Sequence record: MK573636 | From: Escherichia phage vB_EcoM_PHB13 | Direction: 5' to 3' (one strand) | Length of the DNA: 64,000 bases | Part shown: one piece after another, positions 51,851 to 61,405 of the stretch | Position numbering within the stretch: the stretch's first letter is position 1 | Layout: each line of letters opens with the position of its first letter | Notes under the pieces: model-generated | What the model was told of the DNA's origin: nothing | Databases searched by the model: none | The model's input: only the letters and a program-made list of their open reading frames with translations | Position numbers and translations under genes: made by a program

Positions 51851-54529
51851 ATGTATTTTCTGTCATGTGAGCGAGTAGGTGATAAGATCTACGAGCGTTA
51901 TATTGATGATGCTGGACAAGAACAAGAGCGTTACGTTGAATATACGCCAACTTTATTTCATCATGCCGCGCCTGGTATGGTTACGAATTATAAAGATATC
52001 TATGGCAAGCCTTGCATTGCTAAAAAATTCCCCTCTATGAACGAGGCCAACAAATGGCGTAAAAAGATGGGGGAGATGGGGCAAGAGGCACTAGGGATGG
52101 ATGATTTTATCATCTCCTATCTGTCTGATACGTATAAAGGCGAGATTCGATATGACCGAAATAAAATCCGTGTAGCATGGGTTGATATCGAGGTCACTGC
52201 CCCAGAATTTCCTAAACCAGAAGAAGCGAAATATCCTATCGATGCAATTACGCATTATGATTCCGTACATGATCGTTTCTTTGTATTTGATTTGAAAGGA
52301 AAAAACGGTGAATCTTGGGAAGCAAGCAAGTCTATTCTTCGCCCAGATATTGTAGAACGTGTTGTTTATAACGTCTATGACACAGAAGATGAATTGCTGT
52401 TAGAATACATCCGATTCTTTGAGGAAAACCGACCCGTTGGTTTCACTGGCTGGAACACAGAAACATTCGATATTCCATATATCATTAAACGTATCAGTAA
52501 TAAGTTCGGAAGTAGAACCGCTAACCGTCTAAGCCCGTGCGGTAAGATTAAATCCCGAATCTCACAGGATGATTTTGGCAACGAGCGTGAAGCATTTACG
52601 ATCATGGGGATCGAAAGCCTTGATTATATTGACCTGTACAAGAAATTTAGCTTTACGACTCAACCAACATATGCATTAGATTATGTTGCTGAATACGAGA
52701 CAGGAATCGGTAAGGTTGATTATGATGGTCCGTTAAAGAAATTGCGTGATGACAACCATCAACTTTACATCGATTATAACATCGGCGACGTTGATCGTGT
52801 GCTGGCGATTGATAAAAAGCGTGGATTTATCGATCTGGTGTATAGCCTATGTTTCTATGCAAAGATTAAATTTAACCATGTTTATAACCCGATGAAAGTA
52901 TGGGATGCTATTATCTTCGGATCTCTGAAAGCTGAGGGTAAAGTAGTACCGGAAAATAAGATACAACCTAAGCAGACGTATCCAGGCGCATTTGTAAAAG
53001 AACCTGTGCCAAATGCTTACCGTTGGATGATGAGCTTTGACTTAACAAGTTTGTACCCATCTATTATTCGACAGGTTAATATTTCGCCTGAAACAATCGC
53101 TGGATCTTTTGATGCTGCACCGATGCACGAGTATATCAATAAAACTGCACCACGTCCTAGTGATGAGTATTCTTGCTCGCCTAACGGATGGATGTATCGA
53201 AAAGATATTCATGGTATCGTACCGATTGAGATTAAAAAGGTATTCGATCAGCGTAAGCAGTACAAAAACATGATGTTGGCATGTGATCGCAATGCTGAAC
53301 TATGTAAAGCGATTCTACACGATGAAAATCATGTTTATGGGGGAACCATTAGCTATAGCGTTGAAGTGCGTCACGACTTCGATGAAGCGTTTAAATCGAT
53401 GCTTTCTGAATTAAGTAAAGACGCCTTAGAGAAATTGCTGGAAGAATGTAAAGACGAGTCGATCTTGTGCAATACAAACCAGCTTTCTCGAAAAGTTTTG
53501 ATCAACTCCCTTTATGGTGCGTTGGGGAATCCTAAATTCCGTTTTTATGATCTCCGTAACGCTAGTGCGATCACACTGTTCGGTCAGCTTGCAATTCAGT
53601 GGATTGAGCGTAAGATTAACGAATACTTAAACGAGCTTTGCGGAACAACCGATTTTGCATATGTTCGTTATTGTGATACTGACTCCGTTTATGTGCTGGT
53701 TAACAATGTTGTTGATAAGGTTGGCGGGGAAGACCGTTTCGACGATACCGAAAAACTTGTTGACTTCCTTGATAATTTCGGTAAACATCGAATGGAACCT
53801 ATTATCGACAAGGGATATCGCGAGTTATGCGAGTACATGAACAACTATGAGCACTTGATGTTTATGGACCGCGAGGCAATTGCTGGTCCTCCGTTGAAAT
53901 CTGCGGGTATCGGTGGATTCTGGACTGGTAAAAAGCGTTATGCTCTTAATGTTTGGGATATGGAAGGAACGCGCTTTGCTGAACCTAAGCTAAAAATCAT
54001 GGGCTTGGAAACGCAACGTAGCTCCACCCCGAAAGCATGTCAGAAATCACTGAAAGAATGTATTCGCCGTATGTTGCAGGAAGGTGAAGAGTCATTGCAG
54101 GAATACTACGGTATTTTTGAGCAAGAATTTAGAAAACTTGACTATCTTGATGTTGCTGCGGTATCATCTGCAAACAACCTACAGAAATACAGCGATTCAA
54201 ACGGGTATCCGATTAAGGGTTGTCCGTATGCGGTTAAGAGTGTATTGTGTTATAATCGTAATGCTCGAAAATTCGGACTAGATCCGATTCGTGAAGGCGA
54301 GAAGGTTATGATTGTACCGCTGAAAGATCGAAATCCGTTTGGAGAAATCTGTTTTGGTTGGTTGTCCGGTACTCGTATTCCTCCAGAGATTGAAAGCGAG
54401 GTGTTAAAGTGGTTAGACTGGTCTTTGTTGTTTAATAAGACTTTCGTCAAACCACTGGAGAACATTACAACGGCTGCAAAGCTGCAATATGAAAAAGTGG
54501 CATCTCTTACAGACCTGTTTGACATTTAA
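51851..54529 (+). CDS. 43: DNA polymerase gp43 (family B)
   Basis: 892 aa from the ATG at 51851; exonuclease motifs (WVDIEV, YNIGDVD), polymerase motifs (SFDLTSLYPSIIRQ, KILINSLYGALG, YCDTDSVY); strong resemblance to T4 gp43 throughout. Confidence 0.92.
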   Translation: MYFLSCERVGDKIYERYIDDAGQEQERYVEYTPTLFHHAAPGMVTNYKDIYGKPCIAKKFPSMNEANKWRKKMGEMGQEALGMDDFIISYLSDTYKGEIRYDRNKIRVAWVDIEVTAPEFPKPEEAKYPIDAITHYDSVHDRFFVFDLKGKNGESWEASKSILRPDIVERVVYNVYDTEDELLLEYIRFFEENRPVGFTGWNTETFDIPYIIKRISNKFGSRTANRLSPCGKIKSRISQDDFGNEREAFTIMGIESLDYIDLYKKFSFTTQPTYALDYVAEYETGIGKVDYDGPLKKLRDDNHQLYIDYNIGDVDRVLAIDKKRGFIDLVYSLCFYAKIKFNHVYNPMKVWDAIIFGSLKAEGKVVPENKIQPKQTYPGAFVKEPVPNAYRWMMSFDLTSLYPSIIRQVNISPETIAGSFDAAPMHEYINKTAPRPSDEYSCSPNGWMYRKDIHGIVPIEIKKVFDQRKQYKNMMLACDRNAELCKAILHDENHVYGGTISYSVEVRHDFDEAFKSMLSELSKDALEKLLEECKDESILCNTNQLSRKVLINSLYGALGNPKFRFYDLRNASAITLFGQLAIQWIERKINEYLNELCGTTDFAYVRYCDTDSVYVLVNNVVDKVGGEDRFDDTEKLVDFLDNFGKHRMEPIIDKGYRELCEYMNNYEHLMFMDREAIAGPPLKSAGIGGFWTGKKRYALNVWDMEGTRFAEPKLKIMGLETQRSSTPKACQKSLKECIRRMLQEGEESLQEYYGIFEQEFRKLDYLDVAAVSSANNLQKYSDSNGYPIKGCPYAVKSVLCYNRNARKFGLDPIREGEKVMIVPLKDRNPFGEICFGWLSGTRIPPEIESEVLKWLDWSLLFNKTFVKPLENITTAAKLQYEKVASLTDLFDI

Positions 54530-54590
54530 GATAAAGTGTGTATAATGGCGGGTGTTGGGTGACGATACCCGCCAATGTGAGAAATATATT

Positions 54591-54779
54591 ATGAGAGACA
54601 TTGAAAAGATTAAACGTGAACGTGAGGAAGGCATAGAGCATTTCAAGAAAGTTCACGGAAATCACAGTAACGAAGTATTTGTGACGATCAATGTTGATGC
54701 GATGAAAAAGTTAATTCAAGAGCACTACAAAGATCGAATAACAATGAAGCAATTAAAGTATTACGGATTAACTGAATAG
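54591..54779 (+). CDS. small hypothetical protein
   Basis: About 62 aa from GAGAAATATATT-ATG; the only ORF between genes 43 and uvsX. Confidence 0.4.
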   Translation: MRDIEKIKREREEGIEHFKKVHGNHSNEVFVTINVDAMKKLIQEHYKDRITMKQLKYYGLTE

Positions 54780-54790
54780 AGGTATTAATA

Positions 54791-55861
54791 ATGTCTGTAC
54801 TGGAAAAACTGAAAAAGAACTCTACCCTGAAAACTACTGCGGTACTGTCTAAATCCAGCTTCTTTAACGAAAAAACAAATACTCGCACTAAGATCCCGAT
54901 GCTGAATATTGCGTTTTCCGGTGATCTTAAAAAAGGCTTTCAATCTGGTCTGATTTTCTTTGCTGGTCCGTCTAAGCACTTTAAATCAAACATGGGATTA
55001 ACCTGTGTTAGTGCATACATGAAACAGAATCCTGATGCGGCTTGTTTGTTCTTTGATTCTGAGTTCGGTATTACTCCCGCTTATCTGGAATCTATGGGCG
55101 TAGATCCTGATCGCGTAGTGCATGTTCCAATCAAGAACATCGAAGAACTTAAATTTGAAATCATGAACCAGCTTGAGCAAATTACCCGTGAAGATAAAGT
55201 GATCATCTTTATTGACTCAATTGGTAACTTAGCAAGTAAAAAAGAAGTTGAAGACGCGATTAATGAGAAATCCGCACAGGATATGACGCGAGCGAAAGCA
55301 CTTAAAGGCTTGTTCCGTATGGTTACGCCGTATCTGACTATGAATGATATCCCGTGCATCGCTATTAACCACACTTACGAAACGCAAGAAATGTTTAGTA
55401 AGACCGTTATGTCCGGCGGTACGGGCGCGATGTACAGCGCGAATGAAGTTTTTATTATCGGTCGTCGCCAGCAGAAAGAAGGTACAGAGTTGACTGGTTA
55501 TGAGTTTATATTGAAGGCCGATAAGTCACGAACTGTTAAAGAAGGGTCGAAGTTCCCGATTGATGTAACGTTTAGCGGTGGTATTAACCCATATTCCGGT
55601 TTACTGGATCTCGCAATCGAGCTTGGGTGGGTCGTCAGCCCGTCGAAAGGTTGGTATTCTCGTTCCATTCTGAATACTGAAACAGGAGAAATGGAAACAG
55701 AAGAACGCAAGTTCCGTGCTAAAGAAACTAATAGTGTTGATTTTTGGAGACCGCTTCTGACTAATGATAAGTTTAACGAAGCGATTAACGAACACTATCA
55801 GCTGGGTCAAGTTATAAGCGATGAGGCAGTTGACAAAGAAGTCGAAGATATGTTAGCATAA
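54791..55861 (+). CDS. uvsX: RecA-like recombinase UvsX
   Basis: 356 aa; Walker A AGPSKHFKS, conserved IAINHTYETQEMFSKTVMSGGTG region typical of T4 UvsX. Confidence 0.85.
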   Translation: MSVLEKLKKNSTLKTTAVLSKSSFFNEKTNTRTKIPMLNIAFSGDLKKGFQSGLIFFAGPSKHFKSNMGLTCVSAYMKQNPDAACLFFDSEFGITPAYLESMGVDPDRVVHVPIKNIEELKFEIMNQLEQITREDKVIIFIDSIGNLASKKEVEDAINEKSAQDMTRAKALKGLFRMVTPYLTMNDIPCIAINHTYETQEMFSKTVMSGGTGAMYSANEVFIIGRRQQKEGTELTGYEFILKADKSRTVKEGSKFPIDVTFSGGINPYSGLLDLAIELGWVVSPSKGWYSRSILNTETGEMETEERKFRAKETNSVDFWRPLLTNDKFNEAINEHYQLGQVISDEAVDKEVEDMLA

Positions 55862-55872
55862 CAATGGTAGTA

Positions 55873-55895
55873 AAGGGGCTACGTGCCCCTTTTTC
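55873..55895 (+). terminator. intrinsic terminator after uvsX
   Basis: GGGGCTACGTGCCCC hairpin plus TTTTT. Confidence 0.6.
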
Positions 55896-55916
55896 ATATC
55901 TAGAGAGGATTATATT

Positions 55917-56234
55917 ATGGATAAGAAACCAACAAGTTTAGAAGAAGCACACAGCTTGATTCAAGAAGCAATGAAGACAGTTATCCAGGAACTGATAATT
56001 GTTGATGAAGAGGGAGAACATCATATTGTCTATATTCATAATGTTGAATACGATCCAGACACTAAAGGTATTGTGGTCGACTACTCCACGCCGTCAGATC
56101 GTGATGTGGTATATCCACACGTCATTAAGGCGTTAACCGCGCAGATCAAAGAAGCAGAAGAAAAGTTGAAAAAAGAAACTTTCTGGTATAAACTCAAGAC
56201 CTTTGTTATGCGTGTAGTTGGGGGCTATGTATGA
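55917..56234 (+). CDS. 40: gp40-like head vertex assembly chaperone (by position)
   Basis: 105 aa between uvsX and the gene 41 helicase, as gene 40 is in T4; C-terminal hydrophobic tail. Confidence 0.4.
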   Translation: MDKKPTSLEEAHSLIQEAMKTVIQELIIVDEEGEHHIVYIHNVEYDPDTKGIVVDYSTPSDRDVVYPHVIKALTAQIKEAEEKLKKETFWYKLKTFVMRVVGGYV

Positions 56235-57643
56235 TTAAAACTATCTTTTCACAGTTGATTTACAATGGCGCATTCTTTACGAATGTATGGCCTCACCTTA
56301 AAGCGGACTACTTCACCGAAGACGAAGAAAAACTGATTTATAAGCTGATTAAAAAGCACGTAGACGAATATTCCAATATTCCTACGCCAACAGCATTACA
56401 GATTGCTTTAGACAAGGAGAGAGGCAATCAGACAACATATGAAGGGGCTAAAACTCTTCTTGATTCGCTTGAGAATACACCGGAAGACCTTGATTGGTTA
56501 ATGAAGGAAACCGAAAAATTTATTCGTGACCGTGCCATGTATAATGCAATGTCACGGGCGCTAGAGATTCAGGCGAACGCACAACTACCAAAAGAGAAAC
56601 AGAATAAGAAATTGCCGAGTGAGGGTGCTATTCCTGAGATCATGCAGGAAGCACTATCCATTACGTTTGATTCTGATGTAGGTCATGACTGGTTTAATGA
56701 CTTTGAAAAACGATTCTTGCTATATCAGACTAAGGCGAATAAGATCCCGTTTAAGCTGCCGATGTTGAATAAAATCACGAAAGGAGGTGCGGAAAGAAAA
56801 ACGCTAAATGTGTTGCTTGCTGGTGTAAACGTTGGTAAATCGCTTGGCTTGTGTTCTCTTGCTGCGGATTATATGGAATGTGGTTATGATGTATTGTATA
56901 TATCAATGGAGATGGCAGAGCATGTCGTAGCAAAACGTATCGACGCAAACTTGCTTGACATTACATTAGATGAATTGGATAATGGTAATGTTTCTTTTGC
57001 GGAATATTCCGCACGCATGAAGCGTGTTAAGAATAAGAAGATCGGAGATCGTCCGGTTGGAAAATTGATGATCAAGCAGTATCCGACTGGTGGCGCAAAC
57101 TCCAATCACTTTGAGGCGTTAATGAATGAATTGCGACTCAAGAAACAGTTTAAACCTGATGTTGTGATTGTTGACTATCTGGGGATTTGCGCATCGTCTC
57201 GCTTGCGTGTATACTCTGAAAATAGTTACACACTAGTTAAGGCGATTGCGGAAGAACTGCGAGGATTTTTTGTTAAGTGGGATGTTGTTGGTTGGACTGC
57301 GGCACAGACTACCCGCGCGGGTTGGGATGCTTCCGACCTTAACATGAGTGATACCGCTGAATCAGCAGGTCTTCCGGCTACTGCCGACTTTATGTTGGGT
57401 GTTATCGAAACCGAAGACCTGGCTAAAATGGGCGTCCAACTCATGAAGCAGATCAAGTCTCGTTACGGTGATAAGAACTATTATTCACGGTTTAACGTTG
57501 GTGTGAAGAAAGGCAATCAGCGTTGGTATGAAGTACCAAACCAGATCGCAGATCAGGAGAATACACAAGTTAAACCACAAAGCGCACAGCAAGCCGAGAA
57601 ACGCGAAAAACTCGACGAGCTAGCAAATACCATGACTTTCTAA
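56231..57643 (+). CDS. 41: replicative DNA helicase gp41 (DnaB-like)
   Basis: 470 aa; Walker A AGVNVGKS, Walker B VVIVDYLG, DnaB-family layout; T4 gp41 is 475 aa. Confidence 0.85.
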   Translation: MIKTIFSQLIYNGAFFTNVWPHLKADYFTEDEEKLIYKLIKKHVDEYSNIPTPTALQIALDKERGNQTTYEGAKTLLDSLENTPEDLDWLMKETEKFIRDRAMYNAMSRALEIQANAQLPKEKQNKKLPSEGAIPEIMQEALSITFDSDVGHDWFNDFEKRFLLYQTKANKIPFKLPMLNKITKGGAERKTLNVLLAGVNVGKSLGLCSLAADYMECGYDVLYISMEMAEHVVAKRIDANLLDITLDELDNGNVSFAEYSARMKRVKNKKIGDRPVGKLMIKQYPTGGANSNHFEALMNELRLKKQFKPDVVIVDYLGICASSRLRVYSENSYTLVKAIAEELRGFFVKWDVVGWTAAQTTRAGWDASDLNMSDTAESAGLPATADFMLGVIETEDLAKMGVQLMKQIKSRYGDKNYYSRFNVGVKKGNQRWYEVPNQIADQENTQVKPQSAQQAEKREKLDELANTMTF

Positions 57644-57693
57644 TAAAATGCGCCCTACGGGGCGCTGGTGAATGATTTGATAGGAGATATAAC

Positions 57694-58329
57694 ATGATCG
57701 CTAATGCTTTACCGCCAAAATGGATCGTAAGTCGCTTTTATACTCTCAAGGAAGGTAACGCACCTGATGGTCGTCCGATCCGAGATCTGTTTCTGGAGAT
57801 GACTACCGCCGAAGCACAATTTTATAATGATCTGACAGACGATAAGCCGTTTCTTGTAAATTCTGTGGATCTTGATGGTAATGTTACGTCAATTATCGCA
57901 CATGGTGGGGAAGTGAAAAATATTACTTCTCTGCGTGAACACGGTTGGGAAATTGCTTGTGTATTTCCTGCGGATGTACGCGGATTCTTTGATGAGGTAT
58001 CTGATATTAAAGTAAATGCACTAGAACCATATGACGAGATCCCACCACTGAAAGAAGAAAAAGAGTTGACACCGGAAGATGTAGATAGTACACTACACCC
58101 AGACCTATTTAAGAAGATTAGCGGTTTATGGACTGTTACCCTGCATCCAACCGCATTAGGTCTAGAATTGGGTATGCCAACTTATTCTGATATTGATAAT
58201 TGGACTAAGCATATTGATAAAGATGTTGAAAAACAGCGAAATAATGCTAAAATGCAACTTAAAGAGAAACGAAAAGATCTTGAACGACAACTGAAAGAAA
58301 CCAAACATTTGCTTTCTACGTTCGCTTGA
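57694..58329 (+). CDS. hypothetical protein
   Basis: 211 aa. Confidence 0.4.
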   Translation: MIANALPPKWIVSRFYTLKEGNAPDGRPIRDLFLEMTTAEAQFYNDLTDDKPFLVNSVDLDGNVTSIIAHGGEVKNITSLREHGWEIACVFPADVRGFFDEVSDIKVNALEPYDEIPPLKEEKELTPEDVDSTLHPDLFKKISGLWTVTLHPTALGLELGMPTYSDIDNWTKHIDKDVEKQRNNAKMQLKEKRKDLERQLKETKHLLSTFA

Positions 58330-58359
58330 TCTATAATGAAACTCTAAGGAGACTATATT

Positions 58360-58734
58360 ATGAAAAATATGATTACGCCGGAAGATGTAGCATTTAAAAC
58401 CGCAAATAACGGAGACATTCTTATTTTTATCGACGGTAAACATGCTGGTATGGTTGAACCGGAAGGACGCTGGGGAGTCGCCGAACTTTATGATGTGGCT
58501 GGTGTAGATCCGAAAACTGCAATTGTTTTTCTGGCGGATAAAGATCAAATGCGTCGAAAAATTGCTGCGCTCTATAATGAAGCATTGTATTTCTACGAAC
58601 CGTTTCATCGTATTAAAACGATCTCCCGCGTGACTCGAAAAGATGTTAATGCTTGTGTTATCAAGATTGTAGAGAATCAGGATAAACTGACGAAAGACCA
58701 GATTGTTGACTTACTGAAAGAGATTATTCTATGA
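58360..58734 (+). CDS. hypothetical protein
   Basis: 124 aa from AGGAGACTATATT-ATG. Confidence 0.4.
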   Translation: MKNMITPEDVAFKTANNGDILIFIDGKHAGMVEPEGRWGVAELYDVAGVDPKTAIVFLADKDQMRRKIAALYNEALYFYEPFHRIKTISRVTRKDVNACVIKIVENQDKLTKDQIVDLLKEIIL

Positions 58735-59054
58735 TTGGCTTTAAACAGTTTGTTGAAGAAAATAAACTCAAAGAAGATATGACCGCTGGCGATGCTGGCG
58801 GCAATCCTGAGAAGATCGCAGCAGGTGAAACGAGCGGATCTATTACCAATCGTGGACCTAGTGTAGCGGGTAAAGAAAAACGCAAAAAGGAGAAAGACGG
58901 TGCTTAGTATCATCATGTTTATCGTTGGCTTGCTGTCCGCTATTATCGGTGTTGTTGTTTTCGGATTATCTGGACACAAAACAAAAACAGAAAAGTTATC
59001 CGAGATCACAATGTATGTTGGTGTAGTTCTCATTCTGTTGTCGGTGGCGCTTAA

Positions 59055-59258
59055 ATGATTACGATGAAATGTCTTAAAAGCACATATGCACTTTTTGAAG
59101 CCGGAAAAGAATATGAATTTACAGAACTTGACCCGGTAGGACGTTTTCGTGTATTCTCTTACACATCGCCAGATGGTAGTGTCTACAAATTTGGCTTAGA
59201 TGAAAACGGAGAGAATGAAAATGAAAGTGTAGGAACTTTCATGAAATTTGAGCTATAA
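59055..59258 (+). CDS. hypothetical protein
   Basis: 67 aa. Confidence 0.35.
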   Translation: MITMKCLKSTYALFEAGKEYEFTELDPVGRFRVFSYTSPDGSVYKFGLDENGENENESVGTFMKFEL

Positions 59259-59267
59259 GAGGTTATT

Positions 59268-60296
59268 ATGATTTACTACGCAGATTATGAAATAGCGGAA
59301 AAAGCCATATACGGCGAACGAAATTTTAAACGGTTGCATACTAGCTCATTTACGCTGGTCTGTAGTTGTCCGATCTGCGGTGACTCAAAGAAAAATCATA
59401 CTCAAGCGCGATTCCGTATCTATACCTATAAGGATAGTTTGCGTTGCGGCTGTTTCAACTGTAACTACAATCAGCCGTTAGGTGAATTTCTCAAACAGTA
59501 TAAGCCGGACCTATTCAGGGAATGGCTTATGGAACGACGGAAGGAACAAGGCGACCACAAGAACACCACGTTCAAGCCACTGAAAAAGGTAGAAAAGCCG
59601 GAGATTAAGAAAGTGCAAACATTGCCTTTCTGCGAGAGATTAGATACTCTTCCGGCTAATCATCCTATAATAAAGTATGTCAGTGATCGTTGCATCCCTC
59701 ACGATAAATGGGATCTTCTGTATTTCACGAGAGAATGGCAAAAGGTAGCAAATCACATTAAGGCTGATACTTTCAAGAATCCACAACCTGAACCGCGTTT
59801 AGTGATTCCTATCTTTAACCGCGAGAACAAGATAGAATCCATTCAGGGGCGAGCATTGAGAAAGGATTACGGAAAGACCAAATATATGACGATTAAAACT
59901 CACGAGTTAGCGAGTAAGGTCTATGGTCTTGAACGCGCCGATCCGAGTAAACCAGTGTATTTCTTAGAAGGTCCGATCGATTCATTGTTTATTGATAACG
60001 GGTGTGCAATTACTGGCGGTACGTTGGGATTAGATGAAATCCCTTTCCCAGACCAGCGAGTGTTTGTACTTGATGCGGAACCACGGTCTGCCGATACAAT
60101 GCACCGACTGGAAAAGTTTATCAACGCAGGGGAAAAGATTGTATTATGGGATCGTTGCCCGTGGCATTCTAAAGACGTTAACGCCATGATTCAGGATGAG
60201 GGTGCTACACGCGACCAGATCATGGAATATATCAAAGAGAACACCGTACAAGGTCTGATGGCTAAAATGCGGTTTATGAAATATTGTAAATTTTAA
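59268..60296 (+). CDS. 61: DNA primase gp61
   Basis: 342 aa, same length as T4 gp61; N-terminal zinc ribbon (CSCPICGD...CGCFNC) followed by TOPRIM region. Confidence 0.85.
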   Translation: MIYYADYEIAEKAIYGERNFKRLHTSSFTLVCSCPICGDSKKNHTQARFRIYTYKDSLRCGCFNCNYNQPLGEFLKQYKPDLFREWLMERRKEQGDHKNTTFKPLKKVEKPEIKKVQTLPFCERLDTLPANHPIIKYVSDRCIPHDKWDLLYFTREWQKVANHIKADTFKNPQPEPRLVIPIFNRENKIESIQGRALRKDYGKTKYMTIKTHELASKVYGLERADPSKPVYFLEGPIDSLFIDNGCAITGGTLGLDEIPFPDQRVFVLDAEPRSADTMHRLEKFINAGEKIVLWDRCPWHSKDVNAMIQDEGATRDQIMEYIKENTVQGLMAKMRFMKYCKF

Positions 60297-60310
60297 TTAA
60301 TGAGGTGAAT

Positions 60311-60829
60311 ATGTCAGAATTTAATTCTTGTGCTGGTCTGGTTAACGAAAAAGATATTAACGCGGCTATCGCCGCATATCATCACGCTATTGCAGAAGGT
60401 AAAGATCCGTTTCAGGTGATGCTCGAAATGCAAACTGGTTTGCAGGTTGCATTATCCGAAAAATTTGATTGGGTCCCAAATCCAACTAAGCTAGAGACTT
60501 GCGGTGAAATGCTGGATTGGATGCAACGGATGGATGACGCTATCGCAGACGAAACACGAGAGCTTTACACATCGCTGGGTGGAATGTCCAATGGTAAAGA
60601 TGCAAGTGCAATCTGGAAAATGTGGAAAAAGAACCACGGAGAAGCGCGAGCGCGTAAATTCTCTGAACTGTCACCGGAAGATCAGCTTGAAGTGAAATTT
60701 GAATTTGTGGACGCGATCCACTTCATTCTGTCAAAGATGATCCCGCTGGGTATTGACGCTCAAGAACTCTTTATTCTGTACTATCTGAAAAATGCTGAAA
60801 ACTTCGCCCGTCAAGAACGCGGCTACTAA
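60311..60829 (+). CDS. gp56-like nucleotide pyrophosphatase candidate (assignment by position and size)
   Basis: About 172 aa acidic protein after gene 61, where T4 carries gene 56 (dCTPase, 171 aa). No active-site motif verified. Confidence 0.4.
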   Translation: MSEFNSCAGLVNEKDINAAIAAYHHAIAEGKDPFQVMLEMQTGLQVALSEKFDWVPNPTKLETCGEMLDWMQRMDDAIADETRELYTSLGGMSNGKDASAIWKMWKKNHGEARARKFSELSPEDQLEVKFEFVDAIHFILSKMIPLGIDAQELFILYYLKNAENFARQERGY

Positions 60830-60865
60830 AAATTAGTTGACACTACTCTATCATGGTTTTATTAT

Positions 60866-60896
60866 GCCTCCCGTCGAAAGATTGGAGGCTTTTTTA
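60866..60896 (+). terminator. terminator-like hairpin sequestering the SD of the downstream gene
   Basis: GCCTCCCGTCGAAAGATTGGAGGC hairpin plus TTTTTT, ending 3 nt before the ATG at 60899; the only GGAGG upstream of that ATG is the 3-prime arm of the stem. Confidence 0.5.
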
Positions 60897-60898
60897 TT

Positions 60899-61402
60899 AT
60901 GCAATTTACACCAGAAGAACTTAACATCATTGATGAGGTGATGAACTCTAAAGAAAATATCGATATGTCGATCCTTAATGGATTGATTGAAAAGACTGAG
61001 CGGTTAGTGCATCATGAAGCCTTGTATCGCGGTGTGAGCAAAAGAGAAGGTCGTAAGCTGGATACCTTAATTGTAGGCGATTCTTTCGTTGTAGAGCGTC
61101 CTATGAGCTTTACGCCACTGCAATCAACAGCAGAGGACTTTGCAACCGATGTTTATGCAACAGGAAAGATTATTGCAATAAAACCTACCAAGCCTTGCAT
61201 GAATTATTACGAACATGCTATTGACCGAGTGGTGTCTAAAGAGTATGACAATCCGACTACTCGACTGTCTTTGTATGCTATGTTGGCAGATGAGCGCGAG
61301 TGCATATACAAGACAGGGACGACCATGATCCTTGACGAGATCGAGGAAGTTTACGCGTGTAATGGCGATCTGATAGAGATTTACAAATTTTCTTTAATTT
61401 AA
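60899..61402 (+). CDS. putative mono-ADP-ribosyltransferase (ModA/ModB-like)
   Basis: 167 aa with an ordered R (ALYRGVSKR) - S/T (MSFTPLQST) - ExE (DERE) triad like R-S-E ADP-ribosyltransferases; position corresponds to T4 modA/modB between 56 and srd. Confidence 0.4.
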   Translation: MQFTPEELNIIDEVMNSKENIDMSILNGLIEKTERLVHHEALYRGVSKREGRKLDTLIVGDSFVVERPMSFTPLQSTAEDFATDVYATGKIIAIKPTKPCMNYYEHAIDRVVSKEYDNPTTRLSLYAMLADERECIYKTGTTMILDEIEEVYACNGDLIEIYKFSLI

Positions 61403-61405
61403 GTG

